A stretch of DNA of 64,000 bases from the human T2T-CHM13v2.0 reference genome, Homo sapiens. The DNA lies in assembly GCF_009914755.1 (NCBI RefSeq), contig NC_060933.1. One strand, written 5' to 3'. Positions 12,001-22,355 of this stretch are shown piece by piece (position 1 is the first letter of the stretch; every line of letters starts with the position of its first letter). The notes below the pieces were generated by a model. It saw nothing but the letters and a program-made list of their open reading frames with translations, ran no database searches and was not told the DNA's origin. A program made the position numbers and the translations under genes.

Positions 12001-15000
12001 AGACCAGTATTAATAGCCAATATGATGGGGAAAAGTCATTGAAGGCATTTCATAGCTTCACTTCGCAGTACTAATTTTCTGTATGATCATAACAAAAAGG
12101 GGTTTAATTGGCTCATGGTTCTGTAGTAGGCTGTAAAGAAAGCATAGTAACTTCTGCTTCTGGGAGGACTCAGGAAGCCTCTCAATTATACCAGAAGGAC
12201 AAGAAGCAATAAAATGTTGCATATGGCTGGAGTAGGAGCAAGACAGAGAGAGGAAAGAGGTGTCACACCCTGTTGTACAACCAGATCTCATGAGAACTCA
12301 CTATCACTAGGTCAGCATCAAGAAGAAGGTGCTTAACCATTGGTGAAGGATCCACCCCCCAACACACCTCTACCCCCTGCTGTTTCCAGGCAGAAGCCTG
12401 AGGCAGAGACAGAGCCTCTTGGAAAACCTCTACTAGGGCAGTGCAGAAGGAAAATGTGGGCTTGGAGCCCCCATGCAGGATACCACCATCCTCCAGACCC
12501 CAGATTCATAGACCCACCAACAGCTCACACCCTCAGTATGGAAAAGCTACAGGTACTAAACAACAGCCCAGCCCATGAGAGCAGCACTGGGGCTAAACCC
12601 TGCAAAGCCACAGGTGCACTGTCCTAGTAGAGGTTTTCCATGAGCTTCTGCCTCTCAATCAGGCTACTCCCCCTTCCTACTACTCCCACCCTCCCACCAC
12701 CCTATGGCCAGTCTACTCCTCCCCACCCTCCCCACCCCTTTCTCCTTACACCCCTGCCCTCCTCCCATCCATGGTTAAATCACCTCCCACCAGGCTTCAC
12801 CTCCAAAATTCAGGATTACACTTCCACATGAGTTTTTCTAGGGAAACACAGCCAAACCATAGTATTCCAAACTTGACCTTTCTGTATCTCATGTCCTTCT
12901 CACAGGGTAAAATACAATCATGTCTTTTCAAAAGTTTCCAAAAGCCTTAACTCATTCCAGCATTAACTCAAATATAAAAAGTTCAAAGTCTCATCCGAGA
13001 CAAGGCTAGTCTCTTCTGCCTATGAGTCCCTGAAGTTAAAACGGAGTTCTTTTCTTTAAAGGTACAATGATGATACAGGTATTGGGTAAGCTTTCTTAAT
13101 CCAAAGGGAAGAAATTTCCCAGAAAAATAACACAAATGGGACCAAAGGCCCAATGCACATCCAAAACCCAGCAGAGCAGTATTCATTCAGTCTCACAGCT
13201 ACAAAATCATGAAGAGAACTATCAGAAGGACAACATTAAGGAGATGGTGTTTAGCCATTTGTGAAGGATCTGCCCCCACCCCTGCCTTTCACCCCTACCC
13301 CCTCCATAATTCCCAATTCACCCCACCAACCCCATCTTCCAACCTCCACTCTCCACAATGATTAAATCACCTTCCACCCTCCCCCACCTTTAACATTTCC
13401 CATTACAATTCCACATCAGTGGGACAAAGAGCCAAATCATATTATTCTGTCCCTGCCCCCACAAATCTCATGTCTTTCTCACATTGCAAAATACAATGAT
13501 GCCTCCTCTACAGTCCCCCAAGTCTTAACTCATTCCAGCATTTACTCAAATGTGCAAAGCTCAAAGTTTCATCTGAGACAAGGATACAGTCCCTTCTGCC
13601 CATGAGCCTCTGAATTATAAAGCAAGTTAACTATTTCCAAGGTACATGATTGTACAGGCAATGGGTAAGCATACCCAGCCAACAGAAGAAAAATTGCCAG
13701 AAACAAAAACAAAACACCGATGGGACTCACAGGATACATGAATGTCCAAAACCCAGCAGGCCCGTCATTCAATCCTACAGCTCCAAAATCATCCTTTTGG
13801 AATCCTTGTCCCACATCCACGGCACAGGGGTGTGAGGGCTGGGCTCCCAAGGCTTTGGGCAGATCTCCACCTGTGGGTTTGCAGTGATAAGTCCCCGCAG
13901 CTGCCCTCATGGACGAGGCTGGTGTCGAGTGTCTGTATCTTTCCCACACTGAGGGTGCAAACTGTTGGTGGGTCTATGAATCTGGGGTTTGAAGGATGGT
14001 GCCTCCTTGTGTGAGGGCTTCAACCTGACATGTCCCTTCTTTCCTGCCCTAGTAAAGGTTTCCCATGAGGCTCTGCCTCTTGGAAAGGCTTCTGCCTGGA
14101 CACCCAGGCTTTTCTGTACATCCTCTGGAGTCTAGACGGAGGCTCCTAAGCCTCTAGTCTCTTGCTCTGTGCACCTCCTGGCTTAACACTATGTGGAAGC
14201 CATCAGGGCTTGGAGCAGTGACCCAAGCTGTACCTGTGCATCTTTCAGCCATGGCTGGAGCTGGAGCTGCAGGGATGCAGGCAGCGGTGTCCTGAGGATG
14301 CACACAGCAGCCAGGCCATGGAGCTGGCCCAGGAAACCATTCTCTCCTCATCCCTAGGGCCTGTGACAGCAACGGCTGCTGAAAAGATCTCTGAAATGCC
14401 TTCAAGGCCTTTTCCCCATTGTCTTGGCTATTTGCACTGGGCTCTTTTTTATGCAAACACTCTAAGCGTTCTTGAATTTCCCCCCTGAAAATCAGCTTTT
14501 CTTTTTGACCACTTGGCTAGGCTGCAAATTTTTCAAATTTTTGAGCTCCACTTCTCATTTAAATAGAAGTTGCAACTTGAGGTCATTTCTTAGGTCACAC
14601 ATAAGAACACAGGCTGTTGGATGTAGAGAGGACACCTCTTGAGCTATGCTGCCTAGATGTTCATTCCACCAGATACATCCTAAATCATCACCCCCATGTT
14701 CACAGTTTCAGAGATCTCCAGGGCTAAGGCCAATCAAATGTACCCTTGGCTCCTGTTCACAGGACATTCCTCATTTTCATCTGAGACCTTTTAAGTCTGG
14801 CCTTCACTGTCCATCTTTCTGTCAGACTTCTGATCCCAAGTATTTAACAGTTATTTTCAGTGGTCTAAACTTTTCCTCATCTTGCTGTCTTCTAAGGGTT
14901 CCCAACTCTCCCGACCTCTCTCTCTTTTACCCACTTCTGAACCTGCTTCTACATTCTCAGATATCTTTGTCACAGCCTGGTAATGTGGTAAAAGAAGAAA

Positions 15001-17268
15001 AGTCCATTTTCAGGGGGAAAATTCACAAAGGCTTCAGATATCTTTATGAAAAGAAGCTGAGTGCTTGTTTCCAAGATAATGTGGAAAAGGCTCTGAAGGC
15101 ATTTCATAGCTCCACTTCACAGCACTAATTTTGTGTATAATCATAAAGAAAAGAGGTGTAATTGGCTCACAGTTCTGCAGGCTGTAAAGGAAGCATAGTG
15201 GCTTCTGCTTCTGGGAGGACTCAGGAAGCCTCCCAATCATACCAGAAGGCCAAGGGGCAAGTAGATGCTTCATATGGCAGGAGTAGGAGCAAGACTGAGA
15301 GAGGAAAGAGGTGCCACACCCTGTTATACAACCAGATCTCATGAGAACTCACTATCACAAGGTCAGCATCAAGAAGATGGTGCTTAACCACTGGTGAAGG
15401 ATCCGCCCTCCCAACACCCACCTCCACCTCCCACTGTTTCCAGGCAGAAGCCTGCTACAGAGGCAGAGCCAGATTCATAGACCGACCAACAGCTTGCACC
15501 CTCACTGTGGAAAAGCTACAGGCACTCAACACTAGCCCAGTCCATGAGAGCAGCCGCGGGGGCTAAACTTGCAAAGCCACAGGTGCACTGCCCTAGTAGA
15601 GGTTGTCTATGAGGCTGTGCCTCTGCAGCAGGTGACTCCCCACTCCCACTACATCCCACCCTTCCACAACCCTACAGCCAGCCTTCTCCTCCCCACCCTG
15701 CCCACCTCTTTTTCCTTCCACCCCATCCACCTCCCATCCACGATTAAATCACTCCCACCAGGCCCTCATCTTTTTGTCATTTTCCAGTCCCTCCAAACCC
15801 TCCCAATCTTTGTTCATTACCCACTTCTGAACCTGCTTCTATTTTTTCAGGTATCTCTATAGCAGGTTGGCTATGTAGTAATAACACAAAACCCGATTTA
15901 AGGGGGAACATTCAAGAAGACTTCAGAAATTTGCATATAAAGAAGCCCTGTGCTAATAGCAAAGACAAAGGGAAAAAGGCCTTGAAGACATTTCACAGCT
16001 CCTCTCTGCAGTTCTAATTTTCTGTATTATCCTGAATAAAAGAGGTTTCATTGACTCAGGGTTCTGCAGGCTGTGAAGGAAGCATAGTGTCTTTTGTTTC
16101 TGGGAGAAGTCAGGGAGCCTCCTAATTACACCAGAAGGCCAAGTGACAATGAGATGTCTCCTATGGCAGGAGTAGGAGGAAGACAGAGTGAGGAAAGAGG
16201 TTCCACAGACTGTTAAACAACCAGATCACATGAAAACTCACTCACTCTCAGGAGGACAGCATCAAGGTGATGGTGCCTTATCATTCATGAAGGATCTACC
16301 TGCACCATTTTGTGACTAAATCTTTTTCCACCTAGGCCCCACCTCTAACATTAGGGAGTATAATTCCACATAGGTTTTGATAGGGATATAGAGACAAACC
16401 ATATTATTCTGTCCCTGACCCCATGAATCTCTTGTCCTTCTCACATTGCAAAATACAATCATGCCTTGCCAGCATGAGTCTTAACTCATTTCAGCATTAA
16501 CTCAAAGTTACAAAGTCCAAAGTCTCATCCGAGTCAAGGCTATAGCCTCTTTTGCCTATAAGCCTCTGAAATAAAATGCAAGATCACTGCTTCTAAGGTA
16601 CAATGATGGTACAGGCATTGTGTAAGCTTTCCGTATCCAAAAGGAAGACATTTTCCAGAAAGCTTCTTATTTCCATCTGAGACCTCCTCAACCTGGCCTT
16701 CACTGTCCTTGTTTCTGTCAGGATTTTTTGTCACAACCGTGTAACCAGTCTCTAAGATGGTCCAAACATTTTCTTATCTATCTGTCTTCTTTTGAGCCCT
16801 CCAAACTCTTCCAACCTCTGTCCATTACCTAGTTCCAAAGCTGTTTCCACATTTTCAGGTATCTTTATAGTAATGCTTCAGTCCTCATTTGCCATTTTCT
16901 GTAAGATTCATTTTGAAAAAGAGGTTTAATTGGCTCATGGTTCTGCAGGGTGGACAGGAAGCACAGGGCTTCTGCTTCTAGGAGGCCTCAGTAATCTTCC
17001 AATCTTCCTGCAAGGTGAAGAAAGAGTGAGTTGTCTCACATGGCAAGAGGAAAACATGCGGAGTAGGGAGGTGACATAGAGTTTTCAATGACCAGGTCTC
17101 ATGAGAAGTCATTCATGATTGTGAGGACAGCAGCAAGGGGATGGTGCTAAACCATTCATGAGAAATTTGCCTTCAGGATTCAATCACCTTAGACCAGGAT
17201 CCACCTTCAACGTTAGGAAATATAATTCAACATGAGATTTGGTAGGGACACATATTCAAATTGCATCA
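1..17268 (-). repeat. ~3.1-kb tandem macrosatellite derived from MaLR (MST-type) LTR + internal sequence
   Basis: The anchor 'actgtttcca(g/t)gcagaagcct' recurs at 1, 3073, 6183, ~9274, ~12379 and 15433 (periods ~3054-3110). Units contain MST/THE1-like LTR motifs (reverse complement of 'tgatatggtttggctgtgtccc', 'aatcacctcccaccaggcccc') and MST/THE1-int motifs. The array continues past the left edge. Confidence 0.92.
16020..17268 (-). mobile_element. Terminal internally deleted MST-type provirus: LTR (~16020-16405), int remnants, LTR (~16901-17268)
   Basis: Two uninterrupted MaLR LTRs. The right one begins TGATGCAATTTGAATATGTGTCCCTACCAAATCTCATGTTGAA on the - strand. Int 3' end (16406-16660) is joined directly to int 5' end (16661-16900). 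Confidence 0.75.
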
Positions 17269-18480
17269 TCAATCTTTGAATATAAAGACATCCATAGCAG
17301 GCTTTACCCAGCCAGCTTCTTTGAGACTCTTCACAGGGTTTGGGGTCTACAGCATATACACTAAAATATTCATACTTCAAAAAGCAATAAAGTAAGTGGT
17401 ATCATTCTTCCAAAAGTTACAATGGTAGTGTAGGAATTCATAGCATGGTTTAGGTCATGTTTGCTACTGTTTCTACTCTATCACCATATTAACTGTTTCC
17501 TACACAATTCTATATTCAGCTGAGTTTCAATTGAGAACAAAACCATCCTTGTACTACCACCAATACCTGGCACTAGCTCTTTGCTAGTGTTATTGTTCTG
17601 CTGTAGAAAGTATCCTTGAACTGGAAACAGTCCACAATCAAGTATCTAGTCATTCAACACTATAAATTCCCGGGTGACTTTTTGAAAAAATAGTATCTCT
17701 TGTTGCAAGAAATGCTGCATCTGTGAGTCCATGTTTCTCACTTGAATTGGATGGAAGTGGTGAATTTCAGCCACAGTGTCCAAAGAAATCCTGTTCCTGT
17801 GATTCCGACATCATCAGCCTCTGCACCTCTGTCTTCCCTTCTGCCACATGTTGCCTACTCTCCGTGACTTTGGTTAGAGCTTCCTTGTGTATGTGGATGA
17901 TGTCCGGGATGTTGGCCTGGTGTCCCTGAGACAGCACTAACAGGTCCATGACTGGGTCCCATTCCTGGCTGGGCTGATTGGCAAAGAACTCACCGACAGT
18001 GTTGAAGGCATCTCTGGTGAAGTGATGGCCTGCTCCAGCTGCAAGACCTGGCTGAGGATGAAGAACTGGCCACCTTCTGATGCACTTTCTTAAAGCCCAT
18101 CACCATCATCTGCTTGCATGTCAACTCATTGGCTGAGAAATTGAGCTGAGTGCCCTGTTGTCTATCTTCTTGGTAAAGCACTCAAAGCCGTCAATCTTGT
18201 TCTCCCACTCCTAAAGGTTGAGGGCCACCTTGGGGGTGGGCTCAGGGTCAGAAAGAAGCTGGAATTCACCATCTCATCCTTCTTAGCCTTCCTCTTGCCC
18301 TGTCTCCAGGCTGTCTCTTCAGTGCTGGTGTGGCACATCAGGAAGTGATGGAAGATGTGGCACTGTGCCTGCACCCAGAAGCTGGCCGTGTGGTTCATCC
18401 ACCAGATTGGGCCCTTTCTGCACTTGAACATAGAGTCCTTCTCAAGATGGCCTGTGGTCTGCCTCTTGGCACCCAAGAAG
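17269..18480 (-). pseudogene. SNX18P: SNX18 processed pseudogene (PX C-terminal part, BAR domain, 3'UTR)
   Basis: Translated fragments [107 protein letters not shown] and SQMQHFLQQEILFFQKVT match SNX18 as I recall it. The fragments lie in shifted frames. There is no intron at the HVQK/GALTK exon junction. 3'UTR-like sequence spans 17270-17650. Confidence 0.9.
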
Positions 18481-18605
18481 CCCACAGTGCTGTAGGAGCC
18501 CTGATGCATGGACTGGAGCCCCAAAGGCAGTGCACACCCTGCTCCTGAGCCTGCTGCTCATTTCCTCTATGTGGCTCCATTTGCAGCACAGTTGTTGCAC
18601 TGAGG

Positions 18606-18944
18606 CCTGTGCATGCCAGGCAAGGCCAAGCTGGCTCAAAGAGCAACCAGCCACCTCTGCAAGGGTGTGCCAGGTGCAGGTGGACCAGCCACCAACCTCA
18701 CTCACTGCCAGTCAGGGTAAATCAGTTATTCTGCCCTGGAGGTAGGGCCCCAGTGCCATCTGCTTTTCCTCAGGCCTCCACTCCATCAGCCGTCAGGTGG
18801 CAGCCCCTCAGGCTGTGGGAACCTGGCCACCCCTGCTTCCTTGAGTGGGTGAGGTTGGTGGCTGATCCATCTGCTCCAGGCACACCCTTGCAGAGGTGGC
18901 TGGTTGCTCTTTGAGCCAGCTTGGCCTTGCCTGGCATGCACAGG
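18606..18944. repeat. ~100-bp inverted repeat (arms ~18606-18706 and ~18844-18944)
   Basis: cctgtgcatgccaggcaaggccaagctggctcaaagagcaaccagccacctctgcaagggtgtgcc occurs on + and as reverse complement. The ORF track shows HARQGQAGSKSNQPPLQGCA on both strands. Confidence 0.92.
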
Positions 18945-19889
18945 TCCTGGGTACTGACACGCTGCTGAGTGAGCTTGTCCTGTGTTGGGCCAAATTCTAA
19001 CTCTGGCCAGGGCCACAGAAGGCTGAGTCCCCTGGGTGGTAATCCTGACTGCTGCTGGGGGGCCCATAGTGCCCCTCCCGTCCCAGGGCCCAGGATGAGG
19101 CTTGACTGGGCCAGGACCCTTTAAGTATGGATCTTTGTTCCCCAGCAGGGGGCCTCTGTCCCACAGGTTGGATGAGAAGATGCTGCTGGCTGCCAGGGTT
19201 GTTCGGATGCCACGTTCACCTTTTCCTCCGGGGACATCAAAGTTTCCAGCTTCCCCTTTAAGAATGACTTCCCAAGGCCCAGGTGCCATCTGGGGCTGCA
19301 GGGCAGCTGGCTGCCTGCTGCCCTGGCTTCTTCCATGTTGTGCTGGTCACTACCCACCAAGGGGGTCAGATGCAGGCACCGTGCAGGGCGGTTGTCTCTG
19401 GACCTGCGTCTTGGTTATCATGGAGCCAGACTGGGCCTGGTGACAGGGCCATGATGGGGTTGTCCTGGTGGTCCTGGGAGTGTCCAGAGGAGATGCAGAA
19501 TGGAATTGCTGCAAGGATGAATGAGATGACTGTCAGCACAGAAAAGGCACCCGGTGAGTGCTCAGGGATTACCCTCAGTAGCTGCAGAGGCCAAAACCAA
19601 CCATCTGATAGCGACTGTTCCCAAGCCAGGAGGAAGAGAAGAGAGCAGGTCCCACTCACCTGAGTCTGATCAGTGTTGAGATGCGCCTTTCACCTAGAAA
19701 ACAATCCTTAACGCAGAGCCACTCACAGAGACTGCTGTGTGTCTCTAAGTGCTCCACAACACAGAGGCGATGGGGACTCAGAAAGAGTGACATCGTGGGG
19801 TGACACAACCCACCACAACGGGAGCCTGCTTGGGTCAAGAGGGCCAAGAGTCAGTGTCCTCTATCCCCTGAACTGACATGTGAGCATGC

Positions 19890-19938
19890 GTTGTGTTTGT
19901 GTATGTGTGTGTGTATGTGCATATGGGTGTGTTTGTTT
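19890..19938 (+). repeat. Degenerate (TG)n microsatellite
   Basis: gttgtgtttgtgtatgtgtgtgtgtatgtgcatatgggtgtgtttg. Confidence 0.8.
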
Positions 19939-20309
19939 GTCTTGCTTCTCTGGCCAGGCCTAGCTGCTCCACTCACAGGAGCACCCAGGTCCTCATCACT
20001 AACACCACTAGGGCCCAGGGCCAGGATTAGAGCCTCCATAGGTGCTCCCCAATCTCTGCCCTCCCCACCGAGGGTGGTCCTGGGGATGCAGACAGAGGAG
20101 GGGCGCTGAGCAGAGCAGAGAGGGCTGGCACCCTCTCTAGGTGGAACCCAGGTCGTGTGTAAAGTTGGAGGTCTGCCAAGCAGTGCTGAATTCAACACAT
20201 CTTCTCACATTCTCTTTCCAGCAACTCTCCAGGGTGCCCTGACTCAGCTTCCCTACAGATGGAGGCAAGGAGGCTCCACAGACAAACCCCGTGCCTGAGG
20301 TCACACATT

Positions 20310-20905
20310 GGCTAACTGGCCAGGTTCCTACTGACCAGGTGCCCCCAATGAGGCCCCTAATGAGCACTTCTCCATTGACCAGGTCCCACTGATCAAGTCT
20401 CCACTGACCATTGTCTCCCTAACCAGGCCCCCATTAGTAGGCCTCATGGACCAGACCCCACTGACCAATTTCTCACTGACCTGGTCCCCACTGACTGAGT
20501 TCCCACTGACAAGACCACAATTTACCAGGTTGCCACTCACCTCACCTCCACTGAACAATTCTCCATGGATCAATCCCCAGCTGACCGAGCCCCCTCTGAC
20601 CAGACCCTCAATGACCAGGCTGCAAGTGTCTAAGGCCCCACACTGACCAGACCCCTAATATACTGAATAGATCCCACTGACCAGTTTTTTATTGTTTATG
20701 TTCCAACCGATCAGGCCCCACTAAGGCGGCCACCACTGACCAGGTCCCCACTGACTAGGCTTCCAATGACTAGGTCACAAGGTACCCACTCATGAGATCT
20801 TCACTGAGGAGGCCACCGCTAACCAGGTCCCTGCTGATCAGGTCCCAACTGACCAGGTCCTGATGGCTAGGTCTTCTCTGACCATGGTCCACTGATGAGG
20901 CCCTT
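20310..20905 (+). repeat. Degenerate 15-bp minisatellite (consensus ~CCACTGACCAGGTCC)
   Basis: Units such as ccactgaccaggtcc, ccactgactaggctt, ccgctaaccaggtcc, ctgctgatcaggtcc and caactgaccaggtcc. Translation gives PLTxx pentapeptide periodicity. Confidence 0.85.
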
Positions 20906-21379
20906 GAGCAGCTGTGTTCAAAGTCTCATTACAATGCCCCCATCAGCCCACAGACCCTTCCTTCCTGCATGTGTGCCCAGAGGTCAGGCCCTGGGGGTTT
21001 TCTTGGGCTGTAAGGCCTCTCCTCCAAGACACAGGGAGGGACAGTCAGCCTCAGGCTCCAGGTACCCAGCTTCACACTCGCCCCCCAAGGCCATGTGGGC
21101 CCATCTCAAAGGAGACAGTGAGGTGGCCTGGCACTGCCTAGACATGCCATGTAGCCTATTCCTGAGTGTCAGAGTGGGAGGAAGGGAGGGACATTTGGCA
21201 GACGAGACACCCTGTGCTGCTGGGTCTCCCAGGGCCCTTCCCGCAGAGCCCTGATCTGGAGACACAGCACAGAGGCTGCAGGGAAACTAATCCAGAACCC
21301 TTGAGGCTGAGCCAGGGACCACATGAGGACTGTCCCCAGACAGCTAGAAGGCCCTTTGCTAGTTTCTTGGTACCTCAGT

Positions 21380-21465
21380 GGATGGGGCAGCGGTTCTTCT
21401 GTTGGGGACTAGTGAGCGCGTGCTGGGGAGGGCTCTCCTGTGCTTCCTCAGTGGCTCCAACTCTG
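21380..21465 (-). pseudogene. ANKRD18 putative terminal exon start (..PLRKHRRALP..); 3' end undefined
   Basis: Acceptor tttttcttataag followed by sequence encoding RKHRRALP, similar to the ANKRD18B C-terminus as recalled. Confidence 0.5.
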
Positions 21466-22301
21466 CTTATAAGAAAAATTACTCATTCTAGGGCTAGGGC
21501 AGAGAAAACACAAGATTAGTTTAGAACATCTTGTGCCAGAAATTAAAAAAGTGCTGACAGAGTAACGGGGACAAATCAAAAAGACATAAAGTCAGCTTGA
21601 AATGTCTACCACTGGCCTAATCTCAGGGAATTGGAGCACCAGAATCATGAGCTTTGCCTTCACCTTTATTTATTGGTTTTATTTCACCATGTAGAACAAA
21701 GAAGAGAATAAGAAAAATAATCATCTGGCAACCATCACAGTAACACTTGTTCAAACACAAGTCATCCATGAAACGCTAAATCTAGTGTGTTTTGAGGAGT
21801 AACCAGATATTTACAGAGCCTCAAAGTATCTCCACAAAAAATACTGTTGAACTACAAAAAGAAAATTGTAACATTAGTATGGACGAACCTGGCAGATACT
21901 CTTTAAGTCTCCTACTATATATAGTAATAAAAACTGTAAAATGCAAAGAAGCCTTCGATGACCTTTACTAAAGTATCAATGATGACTTGGTTGTTTGGCT
22001 GTTTAAACAGCTGGCATTCAGGCAATTTGAGTAGGTCAAACTCAATAATACTGGTGTTCATTTGCAAGATCCACTTAAAACTTAAGGAGGCTAAAAAACA
22101 TCATTTAAAATAACATATAAATATTCATCATACATGATATGAAAATATTCTACTTTAGTAAAGATTGTGATGTTTTATATTTTATGAGAAACAATTAAAA
22201 TTTCATGTAAATAGCCCAGTAATAAAGTTTTATGATCTTTTAATTCATGCTTTTCCTTAAGATTTTATGGTTAAATATTCTCTTCATTAGATGTGGCTTA
22301 C

Positions 22302-22355
22302 CAGTGGATTCTAGAGAAGAAAGGAGATGGGAGCAAGTGTTCAACACAGCAAAAG
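22302..22355 (-). pseudogene. ANKRD18 3' exon (FAVLNTCSHLL)
   Basis: Acceptor ctttctttttctttccag and donor gtaagc; resembles ANKRD18B FAMLSTCSRLL. Confidence 0.7.

Noticed and set aside
716-16734. Dozens of recurring 60-160 aa ORFs in the tandem array
   Set aside because: They are chance frames and decayed MaLR-int sequence repeated per unit; start/stop positions are not conserved between units.
18786-19663. 113-167 aa ORFs as the SNX18 N-terminus or a novel protein
   Set aside because: No convincing SH3/PX similarity that I can see; overlapping ORFs on both strands are expected in GC-rich DNA.
20310-20905. CRISPR-like or prokaryotic repeat array
   Set aside because: Degenerate head-to-tail 15-mers without unique spacers, in a primate context with no cas genes.
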